Source of the DNA: an uncultured Chroococcidiopsis sp.
GTDB lineage: Bacteria; Cyanobacteriota; Cyanobacteriia; Cyanobacteriales; Chroococcidiopsidaceae
Reading direction: 5' to 3'
Assembly: GCA_964248365.1 (NCBI GenBank)
Contig: CAXTYC010000007.1
Coordinates: forward strand, 60,552 to 124,551
Length of the DNA: 64,000 nucleotides
Below the pieces are notes generated by a model, which was not told the origin of the DNA, made no database searches, and saw nothing but the letters and a program-made list of their open reading frames with translations. A program made the position numbers and the translations under genes. The first letter of the stretch is position 1. The number at the start of each line of letters is the position of its first letter. This document shows positions 60,076 through 64,000 of the stretch, in pieces.

Positions 60076-62691
60076 ATGAAAAAATCTCGAAGAAATGGGC
60101 TTTATCGCCAACTTGTAGTAGCCACTCTGTTAATGGGTGGTGCGTTTAATTTAGCCGCACCTGTGTTAGCCGCAGGGACTGCTGCGGGAACGGGCATTAG
60201 CAACACAGCAACTGCTACCTACCAAGATCCCAATGACCCTAATAATACACCAATTTACGCTACCTCAAACACCGTCACGATTACGGTGGCAAAAGTGGCA
60301 GGTGTCACCGCGACTTCTAGTGGTATCTCAGAAGCTCCGAGTTCTGTTAATCCTAGTAATACTAACCAAGGCAACGGAACGATTAATACGGGGGATGTCG
60401 TCTACTTTGACTACACCATCACCAACGTCGGTAACGACAACACGCAATTCTTTATCCCAGGAGCACCTTCCCAAGTTCAGGGTGGTACCTTTGACCCCTC
60501 TACTGCTGCTGGACAGATTCAAATCGTTAGTGTTACCGATCCTAATGGCAATACTACAGCTACCGCCATTACCGTCCCAACGGCTGGATCTCTAACTGGA
60601 AGTATCACAGGTACAGGAATGCCCGCTAATGGTTCGTTTGCTGCTGGAGCAAGTGTGAAGGTTCGGGTGCCGATTAAGGTAACGGCAAATACATCTGGGG
60701 CACCGATTAAGGTTGTACTAGGTGACACTGGAGCTAACGATAACACTGCTGGCACTCAGAACCAGTCCTACGTCGCCAGTACCGTGACCGCTCCGTCAGG
60801 AGTTACGGGTTTTGGGAATTATGATATTTACACTCAAAAGGTTACTGGCAGCAACGATCCAGTTAACGGCGATTCCACGAACCACCGACAAGAAGCCAGC
60901 GTCAGTCAACAAATCTTCCTAGCTGCTACACCGAAAGCTTTTGCTACCATCCTCAACACTCAAACAAACTTCCAAGCAGGCACTGGTGCCACATCACCCG
61001 ATGGTACTCTCACTTACGGTTTGAGCTTGCGCGTGGAGAACAGCTCTCCTGACACTGGATTTATACCTGCCGACTTGCAAGGTACTGCCGTCAAGGTTGA
61101 TACGGGAACTGGTGTTCAGACTAAATCCAACATGATTTTGGTGTCTGACGTTGTTCCCACCAATACGACGCTGGTTACTAATAATGGTGTTGTAGCACCA
61201 TTAAATTGGACAGCGGTTTACAGCACCGACGATCCGGCAACCACTAATCCCCTGCAAGCAACTTGGTCAACAACCGCGCCTACTAATGCGACGACAATTA
61301 AACGCATCGGTTTTATTTACGATGCGACTACTACACCAATCGCTAAAGGCATAACCGTCAATAGTTTTTCCTTTAAAGTGACAACGAATGTAGCTAGTAA
61401 TGGTGGAACAGTTGCTAACCTAGCTCAGGTCTTTGGTCAAACCACAAACAATCCAGCCGATCCAAACATACCACTGGTTTACGATGAATCGGGCGACCAG
61501 AACCCAGACAACTATGACGGTTCTACACCTGCACCTGACAGCAATCTTAAGCCTAGTGACTTCAACACTAGCAGCGCTAATAACCCAGCGGAACGAGGCA
61601 TTGCCACTCCAGCTACCCAAGGAATTGACAATAACAATAACAACACGGGTGTGGGACCAGGTGGCGAGGATAACGTCTTCTCGCTTCCAGCAACAACCGC
61701 CACTATTCTAAACGGACCAAATGGCCAGCCTAGCGCAGTTGGACCGACAGGCAATAACGATGACTTCACTAACAAGTCAGTGCAAGTGCCAGCAGCTAAC
61801 TCCGCTCCAGGCAGCACCATCCCCAATCCAGGTGCAATTACCTTCACTAATACTGTCCAGAACCCCACTGGTACGGCTGTGAGCAATGTTTTGCTGCGTC
61901 CCAATAACATTGTGACTAACAAAACAGATTTGATTGATGGCACTAAAGTCACAATTAGCTTGGGAGCTAACAGCGGAACTTACAGTTACAGTCAAACCAG
62001 CGGTCAGTTTACGCTCTTAAGCGGTACACCTGTGTCGATCGCTTCTTTGCCAGCGAACACATCCTTGAATTACACGGTGTCAGTACAACTGCCTAACAAT
62101 ACACCATTGTCAACGGATATGAATACCACTACTAATAAGCTCTATGGTGGTTACTCAGTCCCGATTGTAGCTTTTACAGATAACAATGGTAACGGTGCTT
62201 ACGATCCTGGTACTGATGCAGGTAACATCACCATTGACCGCGTTTACACAGGTTACTTGAAGTTAACTAAGGAAGCGCGGATTCTTGATGGCAACGGCAA
62301 TCAAGTTGCACCTGCCCAAGCTAACACATACACCAATGACCCAACAGTGCTTAGTCCCGCTTCTGTTCCAGGTAACACCATCGAGTACCGAATTCGCTAC
62401 AAGAACATCTCTGAAGCAGCAAGCGGTACTGGCAACGTGGTCTTGAATGCTAGCAACACTGTGATTTCCGAAGATGGAACGCTTAGTCCAAACACTTGGT
62501 TTGGATTAACTGTAGATCCAGTCTTCCCAAATAACCCCAACGGATCGGCGCTAGCTACTGCTGGGACGATTACAGTCGGACCGCAAAACGGCGACATCCA
62601 GGTCTACAAAAATAACTTGGGTACAGTTACGCCTTCTGGCTCTACAGGAGCAGACAACGGTAACTTCATATTCCGGCGCCGGATTAAGTAG
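60076..62691 (+). CDS. large secreted Thr/Asn/Gly-rich multi-Ig (DUF11-like) protein
   Basis: Signal peptide ending VLA; GTAAGTGISNTATATY; GDVVYFDYTITNVG; C-terminal LKLTK..PGNTIEYRIRYKN. Confidence 0.8.
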   Translation: MKKSRRNGLYRQLVVATLLMGGAFNLAAPVLAAGTAAGTGISNTATATYQDPNDPNNTPIYATSNTVTITVAKVAGVTATSSGISEAPSSVNPSNTNQGNGTINTGDVVYFDYTITNVGNDNTQFFIPGAPSQVQGGTFDPSTAAGQIQIVSVTDPNGNTTATAITVPTAGSLTGSITGTGMPANGSFAAGASVKVRVPIKVTANTSGAPIKVVLGDTGANDNTAGTQNQSYVASTVTAPSGVTGFGNYDIYTQKVTGSNDPVNGDSTNHRQEASVSQQIFLAATPKAFATILNTQTNFQAGTGATSPDGTLTYGLSLRVENSSPDTGFIPADLQGTAVKVDTGTGVQTKSNMILVSDVVPTNTTLVTNNGVVAPLNWTAVYSTDDPATTNPLQATWSTTAPTNATTIKRIGFIYDATTTPIAKGITVNSFSFKVTTNVASNGGTVANLAQVFGQTTNNPADPNIPLVYDESGDQNPDNYDGSTPAPDSNLKPSDFNTSSANNPAERGIATPATQGIDNNNNNTGVGPGGEDNVFSLPATTATILNGPNGQPSAVGPTGNNDDFTNKSVQVPAANSAPGSTIPNPGAITFTNTVQNPTGTAVSNVLLRPNNIVTNKTDLIDGTKVTISLGANSGTYSYSQTSGQFTLLSGTPVSIASLPANTSLNYTVSVQLPNNTPLSTDMNTTTNKLYGGYSVPIVAFTDNNGNGAYDPGTDAGNITIDRVYTGYLKLTKEARILDGNGNQVAPAQANTYTNDPTVLSPASVPGNTIEYRIRYKNISEAASGTGNVVLNASNTVISEDGTLSPNTWFGLTVDPVFPNNPNGSALATAGTITVGPQNGDIQVYKNNLGTVTPSGSTGADNGNFIFRRRIK

Positions 62692-62874
62692 GTAACAAGG
62701 TAAGGCAATTGGCTATGGGTATTTAAACACTATACATCTACCATCCCCTAGCCTTTTTCCTTTGCCAACAATCTTTCGTTATCAGGTGTTTTACCTGGTG
62801 ACGAGAGATATATAAACAGGCTAAAACAGAACCGCAAAAGTTGAAATACCTGGAACGTCAAGAGGTTTTTGAAG

Positions 62875-63444
62875 ATGAAATGTTTTTCTATTGTTGGTGT
62901 TAGCGCGATCGCGCTTTTGAGTGCAAGCGCATTTATTGGTGCATCACCATCGGTCGCAAATGTTTGGCATACACCAACTGCGGAAGCGAGAAATGTCCAG
63001 CCTAAAGCCAAAATAGACTTGAGCTTAACAGCACAAAAGCAAATTGTACAAAAAGACGCTCAAGGCAAGCAAAAGATTACTTGGCAACCCTTGCAAGGAA
63101 GAGTCGCGGTTATGCCAGGAGATGTGATTCGCTACATGATAACTGGTGCAAATAACAGCGATCGCTCAGTAAACAATTTAGTTGTCACCCAACCAATTCC
63201 ACAGCGGACAGCGTATGTTTTAAATTCTGTCACTGTTAATCACCCTGGAGCAATCGTTACCTACAGCATCAATAACGGCAAGACTTTTGTAGAAAAACCG
63301 ATAATTCGAGTCAAGCTAGCTAACGGCAAAGTGGAAACTCAACCAGCACCAGCACAAATGTATACTCATGTTCGCTGGAAATTTGCACAACCAATTAACC
63401 CCAAAACTGCTGTAAATGCAGCTTACCTGGTAAGGGTGAAATAG
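62875..63444 (+). CDS. secreted single DUF11-like domain protein
   Basis: Signal peptide; LTAQK..PGDVIRYMITGAN..NLVVTQPIP..VRWKF. Confidence 0.8.
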   Translation: MKCFSIVGVSAIALLSASAFIGASPSVANVWHTPTAEARNVQPKAKIDLSLTAQKQIVQKDAQGKQKITWQPLQGRVAVMPGDVIRYMITGANNSDRSVNNLVVTQPIPQRTAYVLNSVTVNHPGAIVTYSINNGKTFVEKPIIRVKLANGKVETQPAPAQMYTHVRWKFAQPINPKTAVNAAYLVRVK

Positions 63445-63715
63445 CAAGCTTATGTTGGGCGATCGCGGCTGCATATTTATTGACGGCGATCGCCTTAAAC
63501 TTTACTCCTTAACTGTCAGCATTAGCAACTAGCTTTTCATATTGATCGCTTAGCAATCAGGAAAATTTCCTACTCTCGATTGCCAGGGAATTTTTATGTC
63601 TTAATGCCGGATTTATCTATTCCAAGCAATTTATTATTTTTGCCTGCAAAAGCATTATCAATCAACTTTTTCTCTTCCTACAACCCGTAGGTTAAAAAAG
63701 CCAAGTGAACCTCAA

Positions 63716-64000
63716 ATGCGTCGTCCTAATAGCTCAAAAACTCAACGGTTCCCACTCCTGAGTGCAGCAATTTTAGTCAGTAGTGTCTGGCAAAGCTTAA
63801 TACCTGTTCCAGCCGAAAGTGCCAGTTCAAATCCAATTATTAACCAAGCAACTTATTCATACAACACATCCGATTCAGACTCCCCTTCTGCAAACTTAAT
63901 TCAAGGAATTACTAGTAAAGTTGAATTTCAGGTTCAGGGTTTAGTAGATCCTCTGGGAAAAGTTACAGGCTGTGCTGGTGAGACTTTACCCGACTATACC
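63716..64000 (+). CDS. secreted protein, 5' part (runs off the right edge; not in ORF track)
   Basis: Frame open for 95 codons: MRRPNSSK..signal..SNPIINQATYSY..LVDPLGKVTGCAGETLPDY. Confidence 0.8.
   Translation, partial: MRRPNSSKTQRFPLLSAAILVSSVWQSLIPVPAESASSNPIINQATYSYNTSDSDSPSANLIQGITSKVEFQVQGLVDPLGKVTGCAGETLPDYT

Overview
64-kb chromosomal window from a cyanobacterium. This is shown by psbO, a pilMNOQ cluster, a psbO-linked SigF-type sigma factor, frequent HIP1 GCGATCGC octamers and heptamer tandem repeats (STRR). Most genes are housekeeping: crtE, folD, mutS, ruvX, mltG, proB, hisS, pepA, cysQ, rsmI, polA, rplU/rpmA, purU, folC, hrcA and cysE. I saw no rRNA, tRNA, CRISPR array, intact transposase or phage gene. 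Accessory content includes four decayed genes (DUF416, cpdA, a peptidase fragment, and a four-helix-bundle gene missing from the ORF track) and many small palindromic dispersed repeats, several of them now inside coding sequences. The most interesting locus is at the right end (60076-64000). Three secreted DUF11/Ig-like proteins have a motif arrangement suggesting a donor-strand-complemented, possibly isopeptide-crosslinked surface fibre, next to a divergent two-component pair. A second lead is a PilP-like lipoprotein behind sigF, while the pilMNOQ cluster itself has no pilP. All product calls come from motif recognition only; no database searches were run.
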